Shown here: positions 1 through 8,996 of the stretch, piece by piece
Layout of the letters: every line of letters begins with the position of its first letter
Numbering within the stretch: position 1 is the first letter of the stretch
Origin: a virus
Direction: 5' to 3' (one strand)
DNA length: 64,000 bases
IMG/VR virus record: IMGVR_UViG_3300032236_001082
Location: 48,159-112,158 of that record
Made by a program: the position numbers and the translations under genes
The notes under the pieces: generated by a model
Told to the model about the DNA's origin: nothing
What the model saw: the letters and a program-made list of their open reading frames with translations, nothing else
Databases searched by the model: none

Positions 1-53
1 GCTACGTTATAAACTACTTCGTTTAAATCATTTGGGCTTACTGGGATTTCCAT

Positions 54-188
54 TTATTCCTTGTCCAATTCTTCTCTTATTTTTCTTCTTAACAGATGCA
101 GTGTGTATGGGGCATCATGATCATTTTCTTTTAAAAAGTCAGATATCTCTTGATATACATTCTTTTTAATAATATCTACTGCTCCCAA
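54..188 (-). CDS. small hypothetical protein (44 aa; not in ORF track)
   Basis: Manual translation from TTG: MGAVDIIKKNVYQEISDFLKENDHDAPYTLHLLRRKIREELDKE; fills the gap between neighbours. Confidence 0.45.
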   Translation of the reverse strand: MGAVDIIKKNVYQEISDFLKENDHDAPYTLHLLRRKIREELDKE

Positions 189-544
189 TATGCAACACCA
201 TTCTCATCACGATCATCCCAGCCTGGTCCTGTCATGCCCTCTAAGGCACCTTCTACCAAGCTTTTGATCTGCCTTGCCCTGCGTTCTTCCTTAACCATTT
301 GAAGGGTTTCAAAGTAACCAGCCCCATCTACGATGTTATCTCTTTTAGGGCGGTTGACTTCACGACTAATCTTTAACCCAACCATACATAAAGCAACATT
401 TTCTGGAGTTACTTCTATGCCTAAAATAGCTGACCAAATCTGTGCCGTGCGAGAAAAATCTTCAAAAGGGTGACCGTAGTTTTCTCCACGTTCGCCATGG
501 ACAATTCTCTGAGCCTCTTCTAAAATTGATTCTTTATTAGCCAT
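176..544 (-). CDS. DUF6378-like phage protein
   Basis: ILEEA..IVHGERGENYGHP..FSRTAQIWS..VALCMVGLKISR..DNIVDGAGY pattern. Confidence 0.7.
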   Translation of the reverse strand: MANKESILEEAQRIVHGERGENYGHPFEDFSRTAQIWSAILGIEVTPENVALCMVGLKISREVNRPKRDNIVDGAGYFETLQMVKEERRARQIKSLVEGALEGMTGPGWDDRDENGVAYWEQ

Positions 545-749
545 TTAAATATGCCTTTAAATATCCTTCTCCTGCATTTGGTCTTGTCTTAAGATTTAAA
601 TCTTTTCCGTATTTAAACATAAGTCTTGAAACGTAAGCTAGATTCTCCATCTTTCTATGCTTTCTTTCTAAATTCTTTCTTGTACGTCTATGTCCTACAC
701 GCTGTGCTTTTGCACCTAAACCCTTATGCATTGTTATCCTCATATCCAA
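537..749 (-). CDS. small basic hypothetical protein
   Basis: ORF track; probable start at 731. Confidence 0.5.
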   Translation of the reverse strand: MDMRITMHKGLGAKAQRVGHRRTRKNLERKHRKMENLAYVSRLMFKYGKDLNLKTRPNAGEGYLKAYLNG

Positions 750-1038
750 ATAGAACTGCGCTGTTTACAAAGTAAAACTTATCTCCCGACGCATCTTTGA
801 TTTCTGTAGCATGGTTTGGAGAGTAGTATACTACCATACCAGCTTCAATTGTGTCAACTGGGTAAAGCTGTCCATTAAATGAACTAACTTCACCTGGACC
901 AACTTTAATTACTGTTCCTCGCTTTAGATCCTGCTCAGTGGCAGTTGCTGTTAGAACCAATCCTGAAGCGGTCTTTGATTCTGTTGTTTCAATTTCTTTA
1001 ACAAGCAATAGCTTGCCTAAAGGGTTTAAATTAGTCAT
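724..1038 (-). CDS. groES: co-chaperonin GroES (Cpn10)
   Basis: LNPLGKLLLVK, mobile loop KTASGLVL, GTVIKVGPG. Confidence 0.9.
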   Translation of the reverse strand: MTNLNPLGKLLLVKEIETTESKTASGLVLTATATEQDLKRGTVIKVGPGEVSSFNGQLYPVDTIEAGMVVYYSPNHATEIKDASGDKFYFVNSAVLFGYEDNNA

Positions 1039-1240
1039 TTTCCATATCCATTTCTATATAATCTGGGCTATCTATCGGTGTGCCTATGGTGTATTTTGTA
1101 TCACAATTATAGCATTTACCATTAATTCCGTACATTCCAATTTCATAATCTTGTGGGTCAACCACAATCCAAGTTACAAATCTGCCAGAGCTACAATTAG
1201 GACATACTGGAGATGGTATGCCAGTATAATCTATACTCAT
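1031..1240 (-). CDS. zinc-ribbon protein
   Basis: CPNC...CYNC. Confidence 0.6.
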   Translation of the reverse strand: MSIDYTGIPSPVCPNCSSGRFVTWIVVDPQDYEIGMYGINGKCYNCDTKYTIGTPIDSPDYIEMDMEND

Positions 1241-1416
1241 CCTAAGTAAATTACTCTAGCGACGGTCATGCAAGGATCCCCGCCGTCTTCCCATTCTTTA
1301 ACTTCTTCTTCTGTCATTACATCATAACCACCGTCATGTGTTTGACAAAATGGATTACTTACATAACCCTTATTAACACCTTCGTTAAACCAATCCCAAA
1401 ACTCTGTATCTGACAT
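1237..1416 (-). CDS. small hypothetical protein (59 aa; not in ORF track)
   Basis: Manual translation MSDTEFWDWFNEGVNKGYVSNPFCQTHDGGYDVMTEEEVKEWEDGGDPCMTVARVIYLG; start/stop overlaps with both neighbours. Confidence 0.7.
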   Translation of the reverse strand: MSDTEFWDWFNEGVNKGYVSNPFCQTHDGGYDVMTEEEVKEWEDGGDPCMTVARVIYLG

Positions 1417-1970
1417 TATTTGCTCCTCGCAGCCTTATTTGCTTTTTGCTGTCTTACAATTTGAAAAGGTCCAGATGTATAAATATCATTGTTAGCAGCA
1501 ATCTCTAGTGCTTTTTCTACAGAAACACCAGCGTACAACGCACCAATAGCGAATTGTGAACCATTGCCCACACCATATATGCCGTCGCTATTCAGCAAAA
1601 CACTAAAATCGTTTCCGATATCAAACACTTCTCCGTTGTATGCAAACAACATGCTGAAACCAGAATCTTTATCTTCATTATCTTTCTTCCAACCATTTTC
1701 TTCTAACGCTTCTCTCATGGCTGGAATAAACTTTACAATCATGAACTTGTAAAGGTCTTCACGTTCTTTAGCTGTAGGAACTGGGGGAACAAAGATATGC
1801 TGAAGGATATCGCATGGAGTAGAGTCACCACTACCAGCTATCAACCAGCCGTTATTCTTCGTAATCTTTTCCATTTGCGGATGCTTATTTGGTCTTGATC
1901 CATCAGAAACCTGAGAGTCAGCACCCATTGTAACGTTTCCGTTTTTTACTACCGCTACGATTGTTGTCAT
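1416..1970 (-). CDS. HslV/proteasome-beta-like Ntn threonine protease
   Basis: N-terminal MTTIVAV, GADSQ, KI, IAGSG, GVGNGSQFAIGAL, DIYTSG. Confidence 0.85.
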   Translation of the reverse strand: MTTIVAVVKNGNVTMGADSQVSDGSRPNKHPQMEKITKNNGWLIAGSGDSTPCDILQHIFVPPVPTAKEREDLYKFMIVKFIPAMREALEENGWKKDNEDKDSGFSMLFAYNGEVFDIGNDFSVLLNSDGIYGVGNGSQFAIGALYAGVSVEKALEIAANNDIYTSGPFQIVRQQKANKAARSK

Positions 1971-2263
1971 CCGTTTACCTGCTTTAAGATTTCATCTGAT
2001 AACTTTGCTGTGATCTTGTCACCTAGCAGACCATCGTTTATCTTATAAACTTGGGGAATGCTTTTAATGTTGTATTGGTTTAAGTACTCAGCACCAATCT
2101 TATCAACATCAACAAAAAAGTATTCACGTGACTCGTCTTGCATAGCAGCTTTTGCCATTTGAGGCTTTAACTGCTTGCATGGACCGCACCATTCAGCACT
2201 AAAGTAAACAACAGCATCCTTTGCTGCAATTACTTCTTCCATATCATTAGTTATCTTAATCAT
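1967..2263 (-). CDS. trxA: thioredoxin
   Basis: FSAEWCGPCK active site, VDVD, SIP. Confidence 0.9.
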   Translation of the reverse strand: MIKITNDMEEVIAAKDAVVYFSAEWCGPCKQLKPQMAKAAMQDESREYFFVDVDKIGAEYLNQYNIKSIPQVYKINDGLLGDKITAKLSDEILKQVNG

Positions 2264-2271
2264 TTCTGCTC

Positions 2272-2502
2272 CTAAGCAATTAATTCGTTGGCAAGAATTT
2301 CGTTGCCAAGATACCTACGTTTAATTATAAATTCTCTAACAGAGTCTGGGCCCTTTGATCGTGCACAAAGAACTACAACCCAACGTGGCTCTAACTTAAG
2401 GTCAATACAAGATTGACACATCAGCGAAGAAACCCCATCAATAAGTTCTGACTTCTTAGGGTGTAACTCATTCTTTTGTTTACCGCAGGAATAACATTTC
2501 AT
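2272..2502 (-). CDS. zinc-finger hypothetical protein
   Basis: CYSC...CQSC. Confidence 0.6.
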   Translation of the reverse strand: MKCYSCGKQKNELHPKKSELIDGVSSLMCQSCIDLKLEPRWVVVLCARSKGPDSVREFIIKRRYLGNEILANELIA

Positions 2503-2672
2503 TCCTCTTCCTCCAAATCATCATAAAGCAATTCGTAATCATCCTTTTCAACAATCACGTCGTACATAACTCCACCGTACATATATCTAACTCTAGAAGC
2601 ATAAGCTCCTTCTGAAACAAGTTCAGCAAAAATGCCTTCTTTAATTAAAAGGACTTTTCGGTGCAGGGACAT
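2499..2672 (-). CDS. small hypothetical protein (57 aa; not in ORF track)
   Basis: Manual translation MSLHRKVLLIKEGIFAELVSEGAYASRVRYMYGGVMYDVIVEKDDYELLYDDLEEEE; ATGA overlap with next gene. Confidence 0.65.
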   Translation of the reverse strand: MSLHRKVLLIKEGIFAELVSEGAYASRVRYMYGGVMYDVIVEKDDYELLYDDLEEEE

Positions 2673-2910
2673 ATTTTATTCCTTCTATTTCACATCGAAC
2701 CCCAAAGGATTCTATCAACTGTCTACAAAGTAACAAGTACTCCATGATATCTGCTCTCTTATCAATTTCGTATTGCATTATGTTTTCTTCGTATACAGTC
2801 AAAGCTAGATAGTTTGGACGTGCTCTTACGTCCATCTTAAGATCCTTTACTGGCATCTTAACGTTTCGTATGGCTTTTGCCATAGCTACATTATAAAATA
2901 TTTTTTCCAT
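2641..2910 (-). CDS. hypothetical protein
   Basis: ORF track, packed operon. Confidence 0.6.
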   Translation of the reverse strand: MEKIFYNVAMAKAIRNVKMPVKDLKMDVRARPNYLALTVYEENIMQYEIDKRADIMEYLLLCRQLIESFGVRCEIEGIKYVPAPKSPFN

Positions 2911-3211
2911 GGATTTTCTTTAAAGTATTCCAAGTTTCTGCGCTTTTGTGCAAATTGTTTTGCTTATCTATGCGCCCTAGATCCATGAAGATTCCTCCAC
3001 GTACACCAAATTCTTTATTAGCAACGCCTTCTTTATAGCATTGCTTAATAACTGGACAACTCAAACAAACTTCGTCTGCAGTTTGTGCCATGATCTTATC
3101 GTTTTCGTAATCATCATAAAACCAATTGATGTTCATCCCAGCACATGCTGCTAGGTGGTACCACTTTAGATCTTCCGCATCAATTCCTAATGACTTAAGT
3201 ATATTTGACAT
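2891..3211 (-). CDS. whiB: WhiB-family Fe-S transcription regulator
   Basis: W...AAC, CLSCPVIKQC and GVRGG turn motif. Confidence 0.85.
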   Translation of the reverse strand: MSNILKSLGIDAEDLKWYHLAACAGMNINWFYDDYENDKIMAQTADEVCLSCPVIKQCYKEGVANKEFGVRGGIFMDLGRIDKQNNLHKSAETWNTLKKIHGKNIL

Positions 3212-3428
3212 ATTTTGATGGAATTAACCATGTACCCTTGTCTGTTAGAGGGTAATTATTTGCATATCCCCAACGATTATTTTTAAACATGCCATTTGTT
3301 TGGCTAAAACCATTATGACCTGGGGACCACTTTACAATTGTGTAACCGTCCCAATAGAACCCAGCCTTTTTGTTATCTTCAACAAACTTGTGGGCCTGGT
3401 TGTAGTTTAGTTCTTCTACGTTTTTCAT
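3195..3428 (-). CDS. hypothetical protein
   Basis: ORF track. Confidence 0.6.
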   Translation of the reverse strand: MKNVEELNYNQAHKFVEDNKKAGFYWDGYTIVKWSPGHNGFSQTNGMFKNNRWGYANNYPLTDKGTWLIPSKYVKYT

Positions 3429-3547
3429 ATTTGTCTTGGCAACTTGCTTTCTTTTTGTGTTTTCTGTTCTTTTAAAAGATTCTTAATTTCTTCTAAAAGG
3501 CTTACTATCTGAGTAAGCTGGTCTTCTATTATAACATTTTTATTCAT
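3425..3547 (-). CDS. small hypothetical protein (40 aa; not in ORF track)
   Basis: Manual translation MNKNVIIEDQLTQIVSLLEEIKNLLKEQKTQKESKLPRQI; ATGA overlap. Confidence 0.45.
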   Translation of the reverse strand: MNKNVIIEDQLTQIVSLLEEIKNLLKEQKTQKESKLPRQI

Positions 3548-3553
3548 TATCTG

Positions 3554-3925
3554 TCAAGCACTTTCCACTATACGGGTGGGAATCCCATATTCTTTTAATA
3601 TTTTAATAAAGGATTTAGTCCTGTTGCACCCAGTAGAAAATACAATTGCATATTCTAAACCAGAATCCATAACTGCCATATCATTAACAACAGGAGCTTT
3701 TCCCCTGTGCAATTCTTCTTTTAATTTAAAATTCTTTTGCCTTAAAAATCTTTCGGTCTTGCCAACGTATTCAGTTACCATATTTTCGGCACCCTTAAGA
3801 CCAGTATGTACTAATAGGATATTGTCATGTCCAACATCATGTGCTTCTTGAATGAACACAGTCATGTTACGCATAAGATCTGGATAGTCTACCCAGTCCT
3901 TACTACCAAATACTCCTACCTTCAT
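3554..3925 (-). CDS. SLOG/YspA-like (DUF2493) protein
   Basis: MKVGVFGSKDWVDY, LVHTG..GAE, AIVF...RTKS..GIPTRIV. Confidence 0.6.
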   Translation of the reverse strand: MKVGVFGSKDWVDYPDLMRNMTVFIQEAHDVGHDNILLVHTGLKGAENMVTEYVGKTERFLRQKNFKLKEELHRGKAPVVNDMAVMDSGLEYAIVFSTGCNRTKSFIKILKEYGIPTRIVESA

Positions 3926-3943
3926 TTTTTCTCCCTAGAAATG

Positions 3944-3973
3944 GGACAGCGGAGGTTTTAATCCCCGCTGTCC
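3944..3973 (-). terminator. intrinsic terminator-like hairpin
   Basis: GGACAGCGG/CCGCTGTCC 9-bp inverted repeat downstream of 3991..4746, followed by CATTTCT. Confidence 0.6.
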
Positions 3974-3990
3974 TATACTTTATAATAAGA

Positions 3991-4746
3991 TTAAAGCTTA
4001 CCGTGAATTCTTGGTGCGAATGCTCCGCCCCAAACTGATTTCTTCATCTCTTTTTCTTCTTTTGCTTCGTCTTCTTTAGACTCTGAAGCTTCTTCTTCTG
4101 CTGATTCCTTTTCATCTGCTGCTTTAGCGATGCTATCGAAACCTGCTGCTTCGTGATCTGGAGCTGTCTCTGCTGATACTACTGGAGCACCATCTACAGT
4201 CTTTTCCATAGGCATAGATTGACCACAATGTGGGCACTTCTCTGCTGCTGCTTTAGACATTCCTGAACACTCGCAAAGTGTCATAGACTTACCGCAATCT
4301 GGGCAGTCTGCTGCTTTCTCTATAGGCTCAGTAGTTTCTCCCTTTGAAGGAGCTTCTTCTGTTGTGTTTGCAGTAGTTCCAACTGTTGTGTGTGGAATCT
4401 CTGCTGACTTTGTGATAGCAATTGCACTCTGTGCATCTGGCTCAGTTGTTGCTGTACCAGGGTTTGAATAAGAATTTTCTGTTGTTGTTGATGTATTAAC
4501 ATCTAATGTTTTTTCTGTCATTTTTTTTTCACCACCGTTCGTAAATAAATTTGAATCAAACATTGATGCAATATCCTTATTTTCTGATACCACATGTTGT
4601 TTGACATAGTGTTCTAAGTGATTATCGCTAATCTCTTCGTGCTGACTACTAGATGAGGAAAATGGAGAAACAACGCCAGGATCTGGCTTCCACGACTTTA
4701 AAATTTCTGCAGTTAATTTTACTACTTTATCGTAGACGTTCTCCAT
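3991..4746 (-). CDS. low-complexity acidic protein with two small Zn-knuckles
   Basis: CPDCGK..CEC, CPHCGQ; repeated hydrophobic-x-K-[A/S] motifs. Confidence 0.7.
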   Translation of the reverse strand: MENVYDKVVKLTAEILKSWKPDPGVVSPFSSSSSQHEEISDNHLEHYVKQHVVSENKDIASMFDSNLFTNGGEKKMTEKTLDVNTSTTTENSYSNPGTATTEPDAQSAIAITKSAEIPHTTVGTTANTTEEAPSKGETTEPIEKAADCPDCGKSMTLCECSGMSKAAAEKCPHCGQSMPMEKTVDGAPVVSAETAPDHEAAGFDSIAKAADEKESAEEEASESKEDEAKEEKEMKKSVWGGAFAPRIHGKL

Positions 4747-4759
4747 TATTCCCCCTAAA

Positions 4760-5017
4760 TTAGTTAGCTGTTGGGCGTGTTGCGTTGTTTACGCTACCCT
4801 GCTCTGTTGACACGATTGGTCCACCAAATGCTGCACCTGTAGTCATTGACTCGTTTGCACCTGTAAGTGGGCTCTGTACTGAAGCTCCTGACATGATCTT
4901 TGGCTCGTGTACTCCAAGATTCGTTACAGCGTGAGCTGCTGCAGAATTTGGGGATGATGCTGATGTTACCTCTGGAGCTGTTGCTGCCTGAGATGGGGTC
5001 TGCTGATTGTTATCCAT
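4760..5017 (-). CDS. disordered hypothetical protein
   Basis: ORF track; GGAGG RBS and upstream TATAAT (5046-5051). Confidence 0.65.
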   Translation of the reverse strand: MDNNQQTPSQAATAPEVTSASSPNSAAAHAVTNLGVHEPKIMSGASVQSPLTGANESMTTGAAFGGPIVSTEQGSVNNATRPTAN

Positions 5018-5063
5018 ATTTCACCTCCATAGTGATTGTATCTATATTATAGCGCATTAATGA

Positions 5064-5366
5064 TTAATTTGGGAATGGAAAATCAATGCCATTGGCTTCC
5101 ATCCATTCTATGCCTTTTTTAGTTGCCCTAAATCCAGCATTTAAGTTCTCGTCATATTCAATTTCTACAAAGCCCTGCTCGTATAAATTCATTAGGTCAG
5201 CGTCAATATCTAGCATAATTTCATCATACAGCTCTGGCATAACCTCTTTAAGACGCTCAAGGTCAAATCTAAATATAGCCTCACCGTCTTCTGCCATGCC
5301 GTCCCAAATAACGGCACCCTGCTCCTCTAGCCAGCCAATAATCTTATCATCGTCTTTATCAACCAT
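5064..5366 (-). CDS. hypothetical protein, possibly winged-helix
   Basis: Start moved to ATG 5366 (MVDKDD), 7 nt after TACAAT; LYEQGFVEI...RATKKG. Confidence 0.6.
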   Translation of the reverse strand: MVDKDDDKIIGWLEEQGAVIWDGMAEDGEAIFRFDLERLKEVMPELYDEIMLDIDADLMNLYEQGFVEIEYDENLNAGFRATKKGIEWMEANGIDFPFPN

Positions 5367-5370
5367 TTGA

Positions 5371-6255
5371 TTATTGTACCGCCTTTGCCATATTAATAGC
5401 AACGACATTTTGCTTTACCATAATGTTGGTATAATTTGTACCAGTTGATTTAATTAAATCGTACTCTTGGCTATAATTAATATTTTTTGAATTAGCGATC
5501 TTTAGCCAATCTGCACCGAATACAGCCACAGAAAGTGAAGTTCCGTAGTCTGACTTGAATTGGTTATTTGGAATAGCAACTGTCATATTGCCATTAGCTG
5601 CGAAGTCCACCTTTGAAGAATAGTTGGCATATAAAGCTAAACGCCCCTTGTCATCAATAGCACTAATTGCTAGCACTCCTGGCAAACATGCGGGATTATC
5701 AACAGCAGTATAGTTAAATTCATTTCCAGTAGAAACAATTACTGGAATGTTACTTGCAATAAGTTTATTAATAGGAGATACGTAACTGGCAGATAGGTTG
5801 CAAGAACCAGTACCACCTAATGGCATTACTACCGCTCCAATATTATACCTGGCAGTGTTAGCAACTACCCAGTTTAATGATGTGGCAAGCATGTCAGCGT
5901 TGCAACCAATGTAGCCATTTGTACCAATTAAAGAAGCACATCGAAATTCAATAATCTTAACATTAGGATCCGTTTGAGTTGCTGCTGAGGCAACTTCTGT
6001 GCCATGGCCCCAAGAAGAATTTGAATACATTGATGGAGTAACTGTAGCTGCGCCTGTACCTTCCATAAAGTTCTGCTTGTTTGGACAAGCGTTATAGCCA
6101 GATACGCAAACTTCGTAAACAATATTATTTTTAATGGATGAGTGCTGAATGTCAACACCAGTGTCAATAATCACCATTGTTTTTGATGCAGCAGCGTGAG
6201 CTGGGTTAACGATGGCAGCGGAAAATAACGCTAAAATTACAATTAGCTTCTTCAT
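5371..6255 (-). CDS. secreted subtilisin-like S8 serine peptidase
   Basis: Signal peptide (AHA), IIDTG, GHGT, STGN oxyanion region, YGTS. Confidence 0.85.
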   Translation of the reverse strand: MKKLIVILALFSAAIVNPAHAAASKTMVIIDTGVDIQHSSIKNNIVYEVCVSGYNACPNKQNFMEGTGAATVTPSMYSNSSWGHGTEVASAATQTDPNVKIIEFRCASLIGTNGYIGCNADMLATSLNWVVANTARYNIGAVVMPLGGTGSCNLSASYVSPINKLIASNIPVIVSTGNEFNYTAVDNPACLPGVLAISAIDDKGRLALYANYSSKVDFAANGNMTVAIPNNQFKSDYGTSLSVAVFGADWLKIANSKNINYSQEYDLIKSTGTNYTNIMVKQNVVAINMAKAVQ

Positions 6256-6292
6256 TTATATTCTTTCTCTAGTAGTTATAAGGATAATACTA

Positions 6293-7009
6293 TCAGTTAG
6301 ATAATATGCTGTCAAGCTTATCTATGATGCCATCCATAATTTTTTCAAATGTTTCTTTATTTGGATGGTCTAACTTAAAACCAGCATATTGAGGATCTAA
6401 GCAGTCTCTACATGTGTGGCATTCGTAAGATTCATCAAGCTTATCAACACCTAATATATCTTCTATACTAATTGGTTTATCTAAACCTCTTGCTTCACAT
6501 TCTTGCTGTAAGTATTTAATAAATGCTTTCTGGTACGGTTCCCGCTCTTCAAATGGCAATAGTGGGCTACCAAATCCTAAGATGTTAGTAAATTGTGGCA
6601 AAGGCTCTACAAATATAACCCTATTGTTTTTAAAGTAAGCTAACGTTCTGTCTATATAAGTTTTAACTGCCACTTCTGGATTCTTAAATCCTTCTAGCGG
6701 TAAGAATTGCTTCACATCAATATAACCAAACCAAGGTACAACAACAAACTCTTCATCTTTATATTGCTCTAAACAAGGATAGTTGTTGTCTTCATAATAA
6801 GAACCTCGGTACCCAGTCTTACCTCTGTGTCCAGAAAAATAAATTTCTGTTGTTCCATAGTCTGGAGTTGTCTTACCCATATGGTTTTGAATACATTTTG
6901 AAGTTACTGGTATATCTCCTGGACCAAAGTAACAATCTTCTACAATACCAGTAGGCAAAGCATTGCGTAATCGCAATGTGTGGCTATCGCCAATAATTAA
7001 GATCTTCAT
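6293..7009 (-). CDS. SGNH/GDSL-like hydrolase
   Basis: N-terminal IIGDSH, G..D block, C-terminal DHP. Confidence 0.55.
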   Translation of the reverse strand: MKILIIGDSHTLRLRNALPTGIVEDCYFGPGDIPVTSKCIQNHMGKTTPDYGTTEIYFSGHRGKTGYRGSYYEDNNYPCLEQYKDEEFVVVPWFGYIDVKQFLPLEGFKNPEVAVKTYIDRTLAYFKNNRVIFVEPLPQFTNILGFGSPLLPFEEREPYQKAFIKYLQQECEARGLDKPISIEDILGVDKLDESYECHTCRDCLDPQYAGFKLDHPNKETFEKIMDGIIDKLDSILSN

Positions 7010-7452
7010 TACATAATTGATTTCTTGATAGTGCTAGAAAGCTGCCAGTTCCATTTCTGATGCATGGATTCTCTTATTTCTAAATCGCCAGCTATACCAA
7101 TCTGACCAGCTTCTTCTGCTGCTTTATGTGCTACTCTTAAATCATTAATAACTATTTCGTTAGACATCAAAAAGCTTTCAATCTGATCAAGCGGGTTATT
7201 CCCAAAATAAAATGAACTAATGTTTCTATTCTCAATAAACTGCTCTAGCATGTGTGGGGCTGGAGTATTAAGTTTACGTAACATCTCTGAAATATCATCA
7301 ATAGACTCATAAACATCTTCATAGATTTCCAAGAACTTAGAATGCATCTCTGGGAATAGCATGCCCTCTACATTCCAGTGATAGCCGTGAATTTGAAAAT
7401 AAGCAGTAACTACGTCTGCTTGTAATTTCTTTAATGCCTCTGTTAATTCCAT
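7009..7452 (-). CDS. dps: Dps ferritin-like DNA protection protein
   Basis: HGYHWNVEG..F..MH..F.EIY....IDDISE, H.KW.WQL. Confidence 0.9.
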   Translation of the reverse strand: MELTEALKKLQADVVTAYFQIHGYHWNVEGMLFPEMHSKFLEIYEDVYESIDDISEMLRKLNTPAPHMLEQFIENRNISSFYFGNNPLDQIESFLMSNEIVINDLRVAHKAAEEAGQIGIAGDLEIRESMHQKWNWQLSSTIKKSIM

Positions 7453-7649
7453 TAGTTTAATCTCTCCTTAATCCATACCCACAAATGCTCGTGCCAATAA
7501 TATAACGCTGTCTCAAACAACATCTCGGCAGAAGCTAATTTTAATCCTACTGTCCATTCACTAGTAATGAATGTACCCAAAAGTGTTACCATTAAAAAGT
7601 GAAATAAATACCAGCTAAATGTTTTTAGTAAGATTAGTTTATGCTTCAT
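7452..7649 (-). CDS. DUF2061-like small membrane protein
   Basis: LKTFSW...LYYWHEHLW. Confidence 0.7.
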   Translation of the reverse strand: MKHKLILLKTFSWYLFHFLMVTLLGTFITSEWTVGLKLASAEMLFETALYYWHEHLWVWIKERLN

Positions 7650-7771
7650 TTTGTTTTAGCGTATCCTGTCTTCTTTTTGTTCATTGATCCTGGCAACTTC
7701 CCGCCAGGTCCTTTGTGATTCTTTTGTCGAATCTCTAAAGCTTTTTTGATTTTTTCAGTCTTATTTCCCAT
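7646..7771 (-). CDS. small basic protein (41 aa; not in ORF track)
   Basis: MGNKTEKIKKALEIRQKNHKGPGGKLPGSMNKKKTGYAKTK with AGGAG RBS. Confidence 0.6.
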   Translation of the reverse strand: MGNKTEKIKKALEIRQKNHKGPGGKLPGSMNKKKTGYAKTK

Positions 7772-7781
7772 GATTCTCCTA

Positions 7782-8615
7782 TTATATCATATTATTAATG
7801 TCTGGCTTGGTTAAAGTGGCCCAGACACCATTAAAATATCTTTCTTCTGGCTTAAATCCGCCAGTTATAGTGTGTACAAGTTTAAATAAATCGGGAATTA
7901 AGATGTCTCCCTGTTGCCATTTATGCACTATTCTAATGTCTTCATTGTTCTTCACTTGATCGTTTAAGAACATCATAATTCTATTAAATTCTTTTTCCAT
8001 TGGATCGGAAGGCTCAAAACCATTATATCTTGCTAAATATTTGTACTTAGAGGGATCAGCATTGAAATCAACGTGAGCCATCAATTCGCCCGTTCTATAA
8101 TGTTTAGAAGCGCAATTTGCCAATATGACATCATCAAAATAATAAAAATAGGTTTGGGAGTCTGTAATTATCTGTTGCTCTTGAGGATTTAAAAGATTCC
8201 ATAATTTGTGGGCATCTACAAAGTAAGTTTTACCGCTGTCTGGACTACAAGTAAATGTCTTCATGTTCCAAATAGCACCAGCAGTTCTATTCTTTCTATA
8301 GAAATGCTCTAGGTGCCAAGTGATTACAATATCGTCATTTCCCCACTTTTCGTTATAAGCGTGTTTGTGGTTTTCTGAATAAAAAGCATAAGCATTAAAT
8401 GCTTCAAGATTTTCTGGGTCATCAAAAGACTTAGTATTAGGAAACCAGCCAGCTTTATCTCCAAATATTTTAAGTATTTCTACTTGTTCTTCTTTTGAAA
8501 CATCCCCACCTCTAAAACAGATGACAGAATTTTCCTCAAATTTATCAAAATAATATTGAAGGTTATCTTTAATTCCTTCTATACCTGGATACTGTGTAAT
8601 ATATGGACTTAGCAT
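7782..8615 (-). CDS. TauD/TfdA-family 2OG-Fe(II) dioxygenase
   Basis: VICFRG, WHLE, GKTYFVD, HKWQQGDILI.D...VH, R. Confidence 0.8.
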   Translation of the reverse strand: MLSPYITQYPGIEGIKDNLQYYFDKFEENSVICFRGGDVSKEEQVEILKIFGDKAGWFPNTKSFDDPENLEAFNAYAFYSENHKHAYNEKWGNDDIVITWHLEHFYRKNRTAGAIWNMKTFTCSPDSGKTYFVDAHKLWNLLNPQEQQIITDSQTYFYYFDDVILANCASKHYRTGELMAHVDFNADPSKYKYLARYNGFEPSDPMEKEFNRIMMFLNDQVKNNEDIRIVHKWQQGDILIPDLFKLVHTITGGFKPEERYFNGVWATLTKPDINNMI

Positions 8616-8840
8616 TTAGTTACTTGATTGGGATGGCTTTTGATTGATGTACTCCCGCTCATCAATAATTTCGTATGCTTGATTATCAAGCTTTTCTTGG
8701 TTTTTATTGTAATGATGACCACAAAACATTAATTCTCCGCTTATTAATTTAACTAAAACAAAAGCTTGAGAACCACATGCATCACATCTATCAATTACAT
8801 TTAATGTACGATCTGCTTTTTCTTGTGTCATTGTCATCAT
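8616..8840 (-). CDS. small actinobacterial-type Zn-binding protein
   Basis: DRCDACGSQAFV...LMFCGHH; the ORF-track upstream extension overlaps tRNA-Lys, so the start is set to 8840. Confidence 0.7.
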   Translation of the reverse strand: MMTMTQEKADRTLNVIDRCDACGSQAFVLVKLISGELMFCGHHYNKNQEKLDNQAYEIIDEREYINQKPSQSSN

Positions 8841-8881
8841 AGGTATAGTATATCCTTTTATATTAGTAGTTACAAGTTTAG

Positions 8882-8954
8882 TGCCTCCAGTAGGGCTCGA
8901 ACCTACGACCCGCAGATTAAAAGTCTGCTGCTCTACCAACTGAGCTATAGAAGC
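8882..8954 (-). tRNA. tRNA-Lys(UUU)
   Basis: Cloverleaf GCTTCTA/TGGAGGC, anticodon loop CTTTTAA, GGTTCGAG; CCA not encoded. Confidence 0.95.
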
Positions 8955-8958
8955 AAGT

Positions 8959-8994
8959 GATCAATACAGGTAAAGGGAAACTACTGTATTGATC
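8959..8994 (-). other. 11-bp perfect hairpin in tRNA spacer
   Basis: GATCAATACAG / CTGTATTGATC inverted repeat. Confidence 0.7.
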
Positions 8995-8996
8995 GT

